From assembly GCF_044704955.1 (NCBI RefSeq), contig NC_091984.1, positions 44,454,001 through 44,518,000 on the forward strand: 64,000 bases of DNA. Reading direction: 5' to 3'. This stretch comes from Pristiophorus japonicus (Eukaryota). Below the pieces are notes generated by a model, which saw only the letters and a program-made list of their open reading frames with translations, ran no database searches and was not told the origin of the DNA. The position numbers were made by a program, and so were the translations under genes. Shown piece after piece: positions 11,395 to 23,897 of the stretch (positions within the stretch are counted from its first letter, which is position 1; each line of letters starts with the position of its first letter).

Positions 11395-13200
11395 TGATCA
11401 GTTTTGATGTCGGATTTGACCCCAAGCTAAGCTTCCTATCCCACATCCTCTCCATCACAAAGACTACCTATTTCCACCTCCATAACAATGTCCACATGTG
11501 CCTTTACTTCAATCTGCTGCAGAAAACCTCATCCATGCCTCTGTTACCTCAAGACTCTCTCTATTCCAATACTCTCCTGGCTGACCCCTTATCTTCTCCG
11601 ATCAGCATATTTCAGCTCTTCCAGAGCTCTGCTGTCCGTATCCTGTACAGCGCATCCATCTTTGTTGCCCCACAATGGCACCTGTTCCTCCAGCCTCCTT
11701 CCCATCTCCAACCTCCTTCAGTCCTGTAACCTCTTCCCCAAGAATTCGCCATTCCTGGCACCGGCCTTCTGTTCACACCCCCTTCGCCCCACTATTACCG
11801 GCCGTGCCTTCAGTCACCTACACTCAAATTCACTTCCGAAACCAATCCACTTCTTCAATTCCCTTTCATCCTTTATGACATTCCTTAAAACCCTCCTCTC
11901 CAATATCTCCTCTGGCTCAGTGCCGATTTTTGTCTGATTATGCTTTCGTGAAACACTTCAGAACATTTAACATTAAAGGCACTGTATAACAGGGTGGATA
12001 AAGGGGAACAAGTGGATGTGGTGTATTTGGACTTCCAGAAGGCATTTGACAAGGTGCCACACAAAAGATTACTGCACAGGATAAAAGTTTACAGGATTGG
12101 GGGTAATATATTAGCATGGATAGAGAATTGGCTAACTAACAGAAAACAGAGAGTCTGGTTGGCAATCAGTAACTAGTGGAGTGCCGCAGGGATCAGTGCC
12201 GGGACCCCAACTATTTACAATCTATATTAACGACTTGAAAGAAGGGACTGAGTGTAATGTAGCCAAGTTTGCTGACGATACAAAGATGGGAGGAAAAGCA
12301 ATGTGTGAGGATGACACAAAATATCTGCAAAAGGACAGGCAGGCTAAGTGAGTGAACAAAAATTTGGCAGATTGAGTATAATGTTGGAAAGTGTGAAGTC
12401 ATGCACTTTGGCAGAAAAAAAATCAAAGAGCAAGTTATTATTTAAATGGAGAAAGATTGCAAAGTACCACAGTACAGCGGGACCTGGGATTACTTGTGCA
12501 TGAAACAAAAGGATAGTATGCAGGTACAGCAAGTGATCTGGAAGGCCAATGGAATCTTGACCTTTATTGCAAAGGGAATGGAGTATAAAAGCAGGAAGTC
12601 TTGCTACAGCTATACAGGGTATTGGCGAGACCACATCTGGAATACTGCGTGCAGTTTTGGTTTCCATATTTACAAAAGGATCTACTTACTGTGGAGGCAG
12701 TTCAGAGAAGGTTCACTAGGTTGATTCCGGAGATGAGGGGGTTGACTTATGAGGAAAGGTTGAGTAGGTTGGGCCTCTACTCATTGGAATTCAGAAGAAT
12801 GAGAGGTGATCTTATCGAAATGTATAAGATTACGAGGGGGCTTGACAGGGTGGATGCGGAGAGGATGCTTCCACTGATGAGGAGACTAGAACTAGAGGGC
12901 ATGATCTTGGAATAAGGGGCCTCCCATTTAAAACTGAGATGAGAAATTTCTTCTCTCAGAGGGTTGTAAATCTGTGGAATTCACTGCCTCAGAGAGCTGT
13001 GGAAGCTGGGACACTGAATACATTTAAGTCAGAAATAGACAGTTTCTTAAATAATGGGTTATGGGAAGCAGACAGGGAAGTGGAGCTGAGTACACGATCA
13101 GATTAGCCATGATCTTATTGAATGGCAGAGCAGGCTCAGAGTAGGGCCTACTCCTGTTCCTATTTCTTATGTTCTTATATTCTTATAAATGCAAGTTGTT
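11395..13200 (+). mobile_element. L2 3' fragment (11395-11989) with a CR1 (11990-13183) inserted in its tail
   Basis: L2 tail aaaggcactgtataa resumes as tataaatgcaagttgtt after the CR1 tail; CR1 RT motifs YLDFQKAFDKVPH. Confidence 0.82.
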
Positions 13201-13474
13201 CTACCAGCAAGCTAGATTAGAATTTAAAATGTTACCATATTTTAAAAAGTATTATTCAAGACACCTTTTCTGCATCTATTAAACTCTCCAAAAAAAAGTT
13301 TCATTAGAGGCAATTTAAAAAAGGAACAGAAAAAGGAAAGGCAAAAATCACAAAAAGAATATAATGACCTGAAAAGTGCTTAAGTGGAAAATAGGAGATG
13401 GTCAAGTATGTGTGCATCATCCCCTTTTATTCTGTTCCTTTTTTAAAAACTGTTCAACTGTAGCATCTTCTCGT

Positions 13475-13980
13475 TCTACACCGGAAATGTTAACTTGCCT
13501 GTTATCTCCACAGATGCTGCCTGACCAGTTGAGTCTTTCAAGCATTTTAGGTTTTTGTTTCAAATTTCAAGCATCTGGCTTTTTTTGTTTTAATGTTATT
13601 TCAAAAGTGCAAGACCTCCTGGACTGGTGGGGTATTTATTTCCCCACAACTGTGCTTTCAGGTAGAGTGAAGCTGGGAGACTTACATTACAGAATTGGAT
13701 CAAGAAGAAAAACATGGTTGGGCAATATCCGAGGTTTCCAGTTCTGCCTTGCTTACCTTACAGAAACAGATTCCACGTCGAACAACTGCTACTGAAACAA
13801 AGGCATGATTTGAAAATAACATTGTTGGCACCAGGACCATCCCCAATAGCTGGGGAGAGCATGCACATCAGTGCATAAAATACTGCAAGAGCTAGAAACA
13901 AAATGCTGAAAACACAGCAGGTCGGTCAGCCCGGGTGGGGAGGACCAAGAGTCACCCTACACGTTAGTGACCTGATCTGG
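13475..13980. mobile_element. Two decayed Penelope-type terminal fragments (13475-13595 +, 13877-13980 -)
   Basis: Similarity to the 20560 and 58311 copies (ccacagatgctgcctgacc; aaaatgctgaaaacacagcaggtc). Confidence 0.55.
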
Positions 13981-14279
13981 AAGGAAGGACAAATCCAGGC
14001 CAGACTGGCCCGGGCCCCCTCACTGTCCCATATTCCGTTCAGTCGGGTTTACTCGCATTGTAAACTCGACCACCCCTGCCTCTGCCCTTGGACTCACCCC
14101 CAGCGGCCCCAATCCCCGGCACGCCGCGCCGCTCATTCCTGGGTGCTCCCGGCCCAGGCTTGTCCTTGGCTTTCCGCCGGGCCCAGGCTCAAAGTTACAG
14201 CCAACTTTCACAGCCCAGCTTCCACTGCCTCGCCCGCTCACATCCCCCCTTCTCCTACCCTGCTCTCACTGGGCCTCAC

Positions 14280-14324
14280 CTCGGGCTCTCCGGTGTTCAA
14301 CATCACTTCGTCCCCCAGGCCCAT
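14280..14324 (-). CDS. UQCRH: UQCRH coding exon 1 (MGLGDEVMLNTGEPE)
   Basis: ATG at 14324, 45 nt, GAG|gtgagg donor; resembles the vertebrate complex III hinge protein N-terminus; GC-rich context. Confidence 0.92.
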
Positions 14325-14379
14325 AGCGTCCACTTTCTGCTCAGACCCGGCAAAAAATACTACGCATGCTCAACCTGCC

Positions 14380-14475
14380 TGGATTGACGTCCAGCTCTAA
14401 ACACCCGGATGCTGCCAGAAAGGTATAGAGTGTATTCACCGGCAGGAAGTGGCGCAGCAAGTGTACTTCCGGGTT
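14380..14475 (-). promoter_or_regulatory. UQCRH promoter with paired ETS/GABP (NRF-2) sites
   Basis: CAGGAAGTG 14443-14451, ACTTCCGG 14465-14472 and CCGGATG 14405-14411, 80-150 nt upstream of the ATG; GABP sites are typical of nuclear OXPHOS genes. Confidence 0.6.
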
Positions 14476-14769
14476 AGGACGCCAAGCTGCTCAAGCAATA
14501 TATGTAGTGTATCAATTACAGAGGCAATATCACTAGGCGGTTACTTTTCTTTGCTAATAATCAAATAGTATTGTATGTTTTAATCTAATCAAGCGCTAAA
14601 TCCTACCCACCGCTGCCAGAGTAAATTGCACGTCTTTTTATTCTTTGTGAATGCTGCACAAAGTCAACATAGGGAGTACGAGGCTTTTGCATACAATATT
14701 TATTAAACAAATATGCCCAAATAGTACACACATCACTGTGATGTTTCTAACGTCATATTAGGTTTGATT

Positions 14770-14870
14770 GGTTCTGATGAAAGCTCACCAACCGGAAACG
14801 TTAATCTGTTTCTCTCTCCACAGTTGCTGTCTGACCTGCTGAGTGTTTCCAGCATTTTCTGTTTTTATAT
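14770..14870 (+). mobile_element. Penelope-type terminal fragment, hammerhead with decayed stem II
   Basis: CTGATGA...GAAACGTTAA followed by the family tail ctctccacag...cagcattttctgtttttat. Confidence 0.65.
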
Positions 14871-15197
14871 CACTGGTTTACATGTTTGATGACTGCTCTC
14901 TAAGAGGTTTTGCGTGCATATATAATTAGAAGCATTTTGCTTAGTTTAGGATAAAAGTAAGAAGGATTTACTGCTGCTTAAGTCGTGCGTACTGGCATCG
15001 CAACATGCTTTAAATCACGACTTTGCTTGCAGAGATCATTTTAATTAGTTGATTCAAGGTTTCGCGTTCGCTAATGTATACAAGAGATCGATAACAGTTT
15101 GAGCATGAGCACATTGCATAATGCTTATTATAGAGAAAAGCCAATTCTATGTAGAACACCTTCAGTTGAGCAATGAAGCTATTATAAATGAATGTCT

Positions 15198-18100
15198 CAT
15201 AGAATCATATAAATTTACAACACAGAAGGAGGCCAATCGGCCCATCTGGCCAAGAGCTATCCAGCCTAATCCTACTTTCCAGCTCTTGATCGTAGCCTTG
15301 TAGGTCGGCACTTCAAGTGCACATCCAAGTACTTTTTAAATGCTTTGAGGGTTTCTGCTTTTTACCACTCTTTCAGGCAGTAAGTTACAGACCCCCACCA
15401 CCCTCTGGGTGAAAAAAACTCTCCTCAAATCCTCTCTAAACCTCCTACCACTTACTTTAAATCTATGCCCCCCTGGTTATTGACCCCTCTGCTAAGGGAA
15501 ATAGGTCCTTCCTATCCACTCTATCTAGGCCTCTCATAATTTTAAAGACCTAAATTAGGTCTCCCCAGCCTTCTCTGTTCCAAAGAAAACAACCCAAGCC
15601 TATCCAATCTTTCCTCAGATAAAATTCTCCAGTCCAGGCAACATCCTCGTAAATCTTGCATTTTGTAAATGTGCATTTATATTGGGCCATAATTTATTGT
15701 GGCAGAACATCCAGCAGCATCTACCATTAGTTAGACTTACCCTTGCACATTTAGGTTTTTCCATTTTTTGCGTGTCACGTAGCTGAAAGTTCGAGCTGCT
15801 AATGTTGCAGCGAGGGAAACTGGGCATCTGGGACCTGAGTGAACATGGAAAGCTACTGTGTAACTGCTTAACCAATCAACAGAGTGTGAAATTAACAGCA
15901 CCAGGACTGAGAAGGAAGTGTAAATTAGAGTGGGTCAATTCTAATAGAGCCATCTTGTATATGTATGTTTATGATGTTGTAAAGAAGATATCACAAAAAC
16001 AACCCCAGCCTATTCAATCTTTCCTCATGCCTAAACTAGAGAATGTTAGCTAACATCCTCATAAATCTCCTCTGTACCCTCTTTAGTGCATTCACATTTT
16101 TCTGTAATGTGGTGACCAGAACTGCACACAATACTCTAGCTCTGATGTGACTAGTGTTTTATACAGTTCAAACATAACCTCCCTGCTCTTTTATTTGGAA
16201 CAGAGGAGGCTGAGGGAAGACCTAATTAAGATGTATAAAATTATGGGGGCCCCAGATAAAGTGGATAGGAATGACCTATTTCCCTTAGCAGAGGGGTCAA
16301 CAACCAGGGGGTATAGATTTAAAGTCATTGGTAAGAGTTTTAGAGGGGATTTGAGGGGAAAATGTTTCATTCAGAGGATGGTGGTGGTCTGGAACTCATT
16401 GCCTGAAAGGTTGGTAGAGGCAGAAACCCTCACAACATTTAAAAAGAAGTTAGATATGCATCCGTAAGCTACAAGGCTATGGACCAAGAGCTCGAAAGTG
16501 GAATTAGGCTGGATAGCTCTTCGTCGGCTGACACGAACAAGATGGGCTCAATGGCCTCCTTCTGTGCTGTGAATTTCTATGATTCTATATAGTCTATGCC
16601 TCAGATAATAAAGACAGGTATCCTGTATGCTTTCTTCACCATCTTATCTACCTGTCCTGCTACCTTCAGGGATTTGTGAACATGCATCCCAATGTCCCTC
16701 TACACTTCTCAGTGTCCTATCATTTATTGTGTATTTCCTTTCCTTGTTAACCCTCCCCAAATTACCTCACACTTTTCCAGATTGAATTCCTTTAGCCACT
16801 ATTCTGCCCACTTGATCAGTCCATTGATACCTTTTTTTAAATTCATTCGTGGGATATGGGCGTCGCTGGCAAGGCTATCATTTATTGCCCATCCCTAATT
16901 GCCCTTGAAAACATGGTAGTGAGTTGCCTTCTTGAACCGCTGCAGTCCGTGTGGTGAAGGTACTCCCACAGTGCTGTTAGGAAGTTCCAGGATTTTGACC
17001 CAGCGACAATGAAGGAACAGTGATATACTTCCAAGTCAGGATGGTATGTGACTTGGAGGGGAAGGTGGAGGTGGTGGTGTTCCCATGCACCTGCTGCCCT
17101 TGTCCACTTCTAGGTGGTAGAGGTCACGGGTTTAGGAGGTCCTGCCGAAGAAGCTTTGGCAAGATGCTGCAGTGCATCTTGTAGATGGTACACACTGCAG
17201 TCACGGTGCGCTGGTGGTCGAGGGAATGAATGTTTATGGTGGTGGATGGGGTGATAATCAAATGGGCTGCTTTGTCCTGGATGGTGTCGAGCTTCTCGAG
17301 TGTTGTTAAAGCTGCACTTATCCAGGCGAATGGAGAGTATTCCATCACACTCCTGATTTGTGACTTGTAGATGGTGGAAAGGCTTTGGGGAGTCAGGAGA
17401 TGAGACACTCGCCACAGAATACCCAGCCTCTGACCTGCTCTTGTTGCCACAGTATTTATGTGGCTGGTTCAGTTTAGTTTCTGGTCAATGGTGACCCTTC
17501 AGGATGTTGATGGTGGGGGATTCGACGATAGTAATATCATTGAATGTCAAGGGGCTGTAGTTAGACTCTTGCTTGTTGGAGATTGCCTGGCACTTGTGTG
17601 GCGCGAATTTTACTTGTCACTTATCAGCCCAAGCCTGATTGTCCAGGTCTTGCTGACTTGGGCATGGATTGCTCTATTATCTGAGGAGTTATGAATGGCA
17701 CTGTGTAGTCTTCAATGAACATTCCCACTTCTGATCTTATGATGGAGGGAAGGTCATTGATGAAGCAGCTGAAGATGGTTAGGCTGAGGACACTGCCCTG
17801 AGGAACTCCTGCAGCAATATCCTGGGGTTGTGATGATTGACCTCCAACCACCATCCTTTGTGTTAGGTATGACTCCAGCCAGTGGAGAGTTTTCCCCCTG
17901 ATTCCTATTGACTTCAGTTTTACTTCCTGCAGTCTACAGCTTTCTTCTTCATTATCAACCACACGGCCAATTTTAGTATCATCTGCAAACATCTTAATCA
18001 TACCCACCACATTCAAGTTCACTCATTGAGAAATACCACAAAAAGCAAGGGACCTGGTACTGAGCCCTGTGGAACCCCACTGGAATATTTGCTGTTCAAT

Positions 18101-18200
18101 CTCCCTCTGACTATTTGGGGGTCTATAGTACACTCCCAGCAGTTTGATTGCCCTTTTTTTGTTCTTCAGTTCAACCCATATGGCCTCAAATATGGTCTTC
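15198..18200. mobile_element. Intergenic nested LINE cluster
   Basis: CR1(-) pieces 15198-15655, 15995-16190, 16588-16832, 17922-18085; CR1 tail(+) 16190-16587; second-family LINE(-) 16835-17920 (GVPQGSVL, ATRAGQRLGIL). Confidence 0.8.
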
Positions 18201-20559
18201 CTACCCCTTATAGCGATAAGCCAGGCAGAAATTTGTTTTTATGCGTTTGCCTCTATTACTCTCTACTAGATACTCACCGAGATTGCATGTAAATCGTTGT
18301 AACAGCCTCCATATTAGGGAAGTGTCTAACCCTAGTTCGCAGTCTACAGATTCAACCCCCTTAACAATTTCCAGTACTTTCAAGTATATTTTTCCCTTCC
18401 AACAGTTCCTATATCAGACCCTAACCCCATGATCCAGAAACTGTCTTTTTGACTTCTGCCTATTCAAAGGTTGTGTGATAATTACAGTAATCCACATTGT
18501 GGAATTTATGATTAAAAATAGTGCAATGCTATCAGTCTGATATCAAAAAACAGTACAAGCCTTTTACAAATAAAATAACCAAATATTTATTTCAAATTAA
18601 TGAATAATGAAACTTCAGAATTGTAATGAGTGCGTAGAAGCTTCATTAAAATTTTCTGATGGTCCAAAGATAAGCCATTCTGCTGGACAAAGTTTTTTTG
18701 ATAAAGAAAGGGAGACTTTGCTTGCATTACTTTAGCACTCCAGCACAACTTAGAGAACTCTTTGAAATAACCAAAGCTCAACTTTCTGTCTAATATTTTA
18801 GTTTTAGAGTTAAAATTCCAACTATACTTTAAGATTAGCATTTACAAACATAATTAACAATAAGCTTAGCTGATCTTCTTAAGCAGTCCCCCAGAGTTGA
18901 GGATGCTCAGCTGGAACATGACAGGGTTACATTTAAAGTTTAATTTGTTTTCATTGCCGGTGCTTTTAGTGTCCCCCTCCCCTTTTATAGGGGGCACTGG
19001 AAAAATTTGATTTTAGCGCCCCAAAAAAAAAACCAAAAACCAAAAAAAAAAGGGGCCTTGAAAATGTCTGCTGTGTCACCCAGGTCGGGTGGCATGGTTT
19101 TAATGTTTTATGTTTTTGCAGGTTAACTCAAAAGAGTTTCAGACAATTAACAATGCTTGATGCACCTCAAACATACCAACAATTTCCTATTTGGAGAAAA
19201 TATAAACTCAATCACAATCTCTATGGGTCAGGTCCAAAGTTTATCTCAAAAAGAAATATGCTGAATTACATTTTAAAAAGTCAGTAGAATTACAAAAGTC
19301 AGTAATATTTCAAAAGTTTTGTAACCTAATCGATGAAAAGATAATTTCTCAGTGCTACCGGGGCAAGGCTCCTGTTTGGATTTAAGGTGACACTTCATTA
19401 TTTTCAATATTCATCACATTTATGAATGTTTACCTTGTAATGCTTGACTGGAATTCAATCAAAAGGACAATACTGGATTTTTAAAAATTTGGCCTTTGGC
19501 TCTGAGAATTAGGGAAATGCTTTGCTTTATTCCACGATTTATATCCCCACCCTTCCCTATAAGAGGCAACCATGCCACAAAGGGGACTGCAACCCACAGT
19601 CCACCTTTTCTGGTGTGAAGAGAGACGACAAGGATATAGACAACACAAAAAAGACACTTTCTCCCGAAGGGAAGTGAAACTAAAGCAGTTGGTCAACCCA
19701 TATTGTAAGATCTCTGGGTTTGGAATCCCGACAAATATACATCAATGAATTAGACGAATTATTAACCCCCTTTGCCATAACACCTCACCAAGGAACCGTT
19801 TGGGGTTTAACTGTCCAGCTTAGGTCTAGGAACGAATGATGCCTTAATTTGGTTCACCGAATGTGTCATCCAGTTCAAATTGAATTTTGTTTATCTTACC
19901 AACCATCAATTAGAATGCCTGCAAGCTGGAGTGAATGAATTAACCCTTGCTTGCCAAATCAAAGAAATCAGACAATAAGTTGTGCATTAACAATTATTTA
20001 TTTACAAGATCTTAATTATCACTACTTAAATTTAAATACCGAGTTTATAAATAATTAAGTTATAAACAGGGTTACCTAGCAATTGGAAGAACACAATTAA
20101 TCGTTACTTTATGAATTAATAAGAGTTTGTAAAGGCAGCTCAGTGTATCACTGATTCAGCATTTAACTGGATTGCTGAATTTTAAATCATAGTTGAATTG
20201 TGTCTGAGACTACTGCAAATTGGTGAGATTAATTTAGGATTAACTACTTAGATAGCTAATGATTTAGCTCACTAAGATCATTGCAAAGCCAGCCTATTGA
20301 ATAGATTACAGTCTATATGTTGGTGATCGGCAATGTTTCCGGAGTTTCTACACCCATGTCCATATGAGCAGCGCGGTTGGGTTGATGTTCTTCCATCCCC
20401 TGGGATGCCAGTATTCGTTTCTGGAATATCAAGTTAATGTTGGCGAGGCTATCTGTTCCACTCGGATCCTCCATTCCACTTGACAAATGAGTAAGTGTAC
20501 ATAAGCGAACTGGCTTAACTCTCACCTTCCTTGATATCAGACAATTTGTACAATTAAGT

Positions 20560-20790
20560 AAAAACAGAAAATGCTGAAAATATTCAGGAGGTCAGGCAGC
20601 ATCTATGGAGAGAGAAACAGAGTTAACGTTTCAGGTCGGTGACCCTTCGTCAGAACTGGAAAAAGATGCAACAGGTTTTTAAGCAAGTGTAGCGGCAGGG
20701 AAAGGGGAGGGGGGGAAAGAACAAAAGGGAAGGTTTGTGATATGGTGGAAGGCATGAGAGATTAAGAGACAAAAAGGATGATGAGACAAA
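20560..20790 (-). ncRNA. Penelope-type terminal repeat with intact minimal hammerhead core (20621-20659)
   Basis: Minus strand reads CCAGTT-CTGACGA-AGGGTCACCGACCT-GAAAC-GTT-AACT. Confidence 0.75.
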
Positions 20791-20799
20791 AGAACCACG

Positions 20800-21285
20800 A
20801 CAGCTTCACGGGCTGTAGGCCGCTCGTGGGGAAAAAATTAAAGGGGAGGCCCGGTGCTGAAATGTTTTTTAAATGGCCGACTTACTTCTAAATGGCAGCC
20901 TTCTTTACTGCATTTCATGGGGTCCGTGCCACGATCTTGCAGCCTGGCACTCCGCTTGAGTGCCGGGCTGTTGCCACGGCACCCCACTACCTGATGGTCC
21001 AGCGATGGCCCCTCCTCCCTCCTGTAGAGTTGGCAGTTTGGCCCTCCCCTTTAATGGAAAGGGAGGGCCCTGTCTTCCCACCAATGTTACGCATCCCTCC
21101 GCGTAGCACTAGAAAATTTGCGTTGCTTTGCATCTCGGTCCGTCCCCTGAGAGGAAGTGCGAGATTTTGCGCTCCATTTCCTCTTGGGGTCGGTAAGCCC
21201 AATATAGCTTGCGGGGTGGGATTTCTGCACCTGGCACAGGAAGTCCCGCCTCGCAGCTTTGGGGACGGTACCTAATTTTCAGCCC
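20800..21285. mobile_element. GC-rich non-autonomous DNA-transposon-like fragment
   Basis: Right end aattttcagccc resembles the GGGCTGGATTTT TIR of the 32952 element; left TIR not found. Confidence 0.4.
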
Positions 21286-22001
21286 TATATCTGCTAGGTT
21301 AAGATTATTAGAGAAGATGACTAGAGACGTCAGAGAATCTAACTAGCAAAGATAATCTAATGTAGACAAAGAGAATCTGCAAGAGATGTGCCAAGCACCT
21401 GCTTATATACCTCCATTGAATTGACTAATCCGAGTGTCTCGTGTAGTAGAAAGGTTCACCTTTTATGGTGTCAATCATTTTTAACAGTCACACAAGTTCC
21501 TGAAAGATGACAAAGTTAATAAAGCATAGATACCTAGACATACCAGGTCCCATTTTCACTCCTATAACTTCTCAATAATTTCTTAATAAACGTTCCTACA
21601 CAGGAACAAATAAGGCATGGCATTTTTATGCCCCATTAGCAAGCTATTCCTGAGCTTAGTCCTAATATTGGCCATCTTATCACTGGCAAGGAATGTTCTG
21701 TTCCAATAAATATCTTCATAGTTTTAATAAGTTAAATTTCCCAGCATTCAGTTTAACTACTGACTCCATAGTGTGTGGCTACCTTTAAGCTGAAACTTCA
21801 TTTTGAGAACACATTTTAGGCAATTTACAGGGCATTTTCCCTGCAATGCCTCCCATTGTACAGTTACACAGATACCATGGGACATCAACTTGATTGTCCA
21901 GAAACACAGATAAAGACATCAAATTTTGAGGGGCGGGAACACATTTATAAAACAGTTGAGATAGTAGATACATTTATATACAAGTTTACAGGTTACAAAA
22001 A

Positions 22002-22133
22002 TCATCTATCATCCATCTTTTTTTCTCTTTCATATACATGAATGTGACTTCCTATTCGGCCATCTGGTACATGAGTGTGAAAAAGTATTGTCGTTTTCAC
22101 GTAGTTTCTGGTCATTAGGAATGGTTCTATTTT
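22002..22133 (-). CDS. PIGB: PIGB coding exon 12 (KIEPFL...FHTHVPDGRIGSHIHVYEREKKMDDR*)
   Basis: 132 nt, pyrimidine tract + aag acceptor, TGA at 22004-22002; candidate poly(A) signal ATTAAA at 21728-21723. Confidence 0.93.
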   Translation of the reverse strand, partial: KIEPFLMTRNYVKTTILFHTHVPDGRIGSHIHVYEREKKMDDR

Positions 22134-22938
22134 CTTTGATGAGAAAGAAAAAAATCTCCAGGTTAGAAAATGCTTAAAACTGTAGCAGATTTAACTCTAT
22201 TTGTTCAAATTTATGGTCAACAAATACACTCGCATTTTACTCTTTAATGCTCGTTGGCTTGACTTGAAGATTTACAAACAACGAATCTATAAAAGGTTAA
22301 TTTCTTTTAATACACTTCCTCTTAATTTCCCCACTTCCATGCTCCCCTATTTTAGTTGAAAGGACAGGATAGGCTGTGCTGCAAATCTTTCCTCACTGCC
22401 GCTCAGTCAATGGGACCTGCTTCACCCTGATTTCAGAACAGTCACATTTATAGTATAAGTCAAGGCTGCAATTTAAATAGCAAAGGAAGGAGAGAAAAAA
22501 CTATTCTTAAATTAAAAAAAATGCAGCTGAAAGATTCTGTGTTTTGGGCTGTGATTTTTCACATCAGTCTCAGTTATGCCATGAAAAGTGGCACTGAGCC
22601 TTCATATCATCAAGCCTCAGTTATTTCTAACCATTCCCCACTCCTGAACTCAAAAAGCACCAAAACCAAAGGATCTTCCAAAAATGAGCCTGCTGGCAAG
22701 ATTCTATACTATATGTATAGTATAGTATAGAAAGGTATGCATACCTTTCGATTTGTAACACTACAACCCAACCCCACCCCACCATCATTAGGAAGTGATG
22801 CCTATAAGAGGAAAACAAATATCATCATCAAGCCATCCCACACCATTCCATAGCTAGATCAGGAGGGGCACAGCCAATGACCTTGGAACAAGTCGCCATT
22901 GGTAAGTTGGCAAATAATATATATGCATACAAACATAC

Positions 22939-23119
22939 CTGTTCCATTACATTATAAAATATTAGGTGAGTAGGAAGGGAGGCTTGACCAGAAAATCTTA
23001 TGTTCAGCCACTTAAGTGGCTCTTCAAAAAACAAGTCAGCTTCATCAACATAGCTATTATTTCCAGTCAGGTCTGGAGGACATTCCAGAAAGTGCATTTT
23101 TATTGGGCAGTGAACATGG
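22939..23119 (-). CDS. PIGB: PIGB coding exon 11 (HVHCPIKMHFLECPPDL...DEAD...VMEQ)
   Basis: 181 nt, ccacag / gtatgt. Confidence 0.95.
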
Positions 23120-23564
23120 CTGTGGAGAAATGAGAAAGAATTAAGTGAGACAGGCAAGCTTCATGCACTGCACAATTACTGAGAATAAGTATTTGGTATG
23201 AATTATTTCCTTCTTGCCTGCCTTATTTTGTCTCCCCACATCAAGTGACTTTTCCAGCTGTAAGAATGAGCTGCAGACCTACTCCAGATCTCTGCCAATA
23301 CCTTGATGAGCAGCCCTGCAATTTTCTTTCCATTTCCATGAAGAAGTAGATAATAAAGTAGTTCTCATTAGGGATTTGTTTTTAAAGATTACAGCGCTTT
23401 AGGCAGGACCAGCCATTTATGAATAGAAGGTCTGTATTTTCTCTTTGAAATATGATGGTTCTCCTGTATTTTTTGGATAATGTGACTTTGGGGTTACATT
23501 GGAAGTGTATGCAATCTGGACTTATCACCATTTCCTTGACTGGTTCTCTCCACTTTACAGTTAA

Positions 23565-23897
23565 TAAGAACATAAGGATTAAGTCATACGGCCCCTCGAG
23601 CCTGTTCCACCATTTAATACGATCATGGACTCAGGTCCACTTCCCTGCCTGCTACCCATAACCCCTTATTCCCTTATCGGTTAAGAAACTGTCTATCTCT
23701 GTCTTAAATTTATTCAATGACCCAGCTTCCACAGCTCTCTGAGGCAGCGAATTCCACAGATTTACAACCCTCTGAGAAGAAATTCCTCCCCATCTCAGTT
23801 TTAAATCGGCGGTCCCTTATTCTAAGATTATGCCCCTTAGTTCTAGTCTCCCCTATCAGTGGAAACATCCTCTTTGCATTCACCTTATCAAGCCCCC
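23565..23897 (-). mobile_element. CR1 3' tail fragment
   Basis: taagaacataag terminus; same subfamily as the 44283 tail. Confidence 0.8.

Noticed and set aside
13903-14400. 165-aa and 99-aa plus-strand ORFs
   Set aside because: GC-rich antisense shadow of UQCRH exon 1/intron 1, starting in a repeat, with no recognisable domain
19700-20552. Possible long solo LTR (tgtaag...tgtaca)
   Set aside because: No TSD or second copy in the window to support the boundaries
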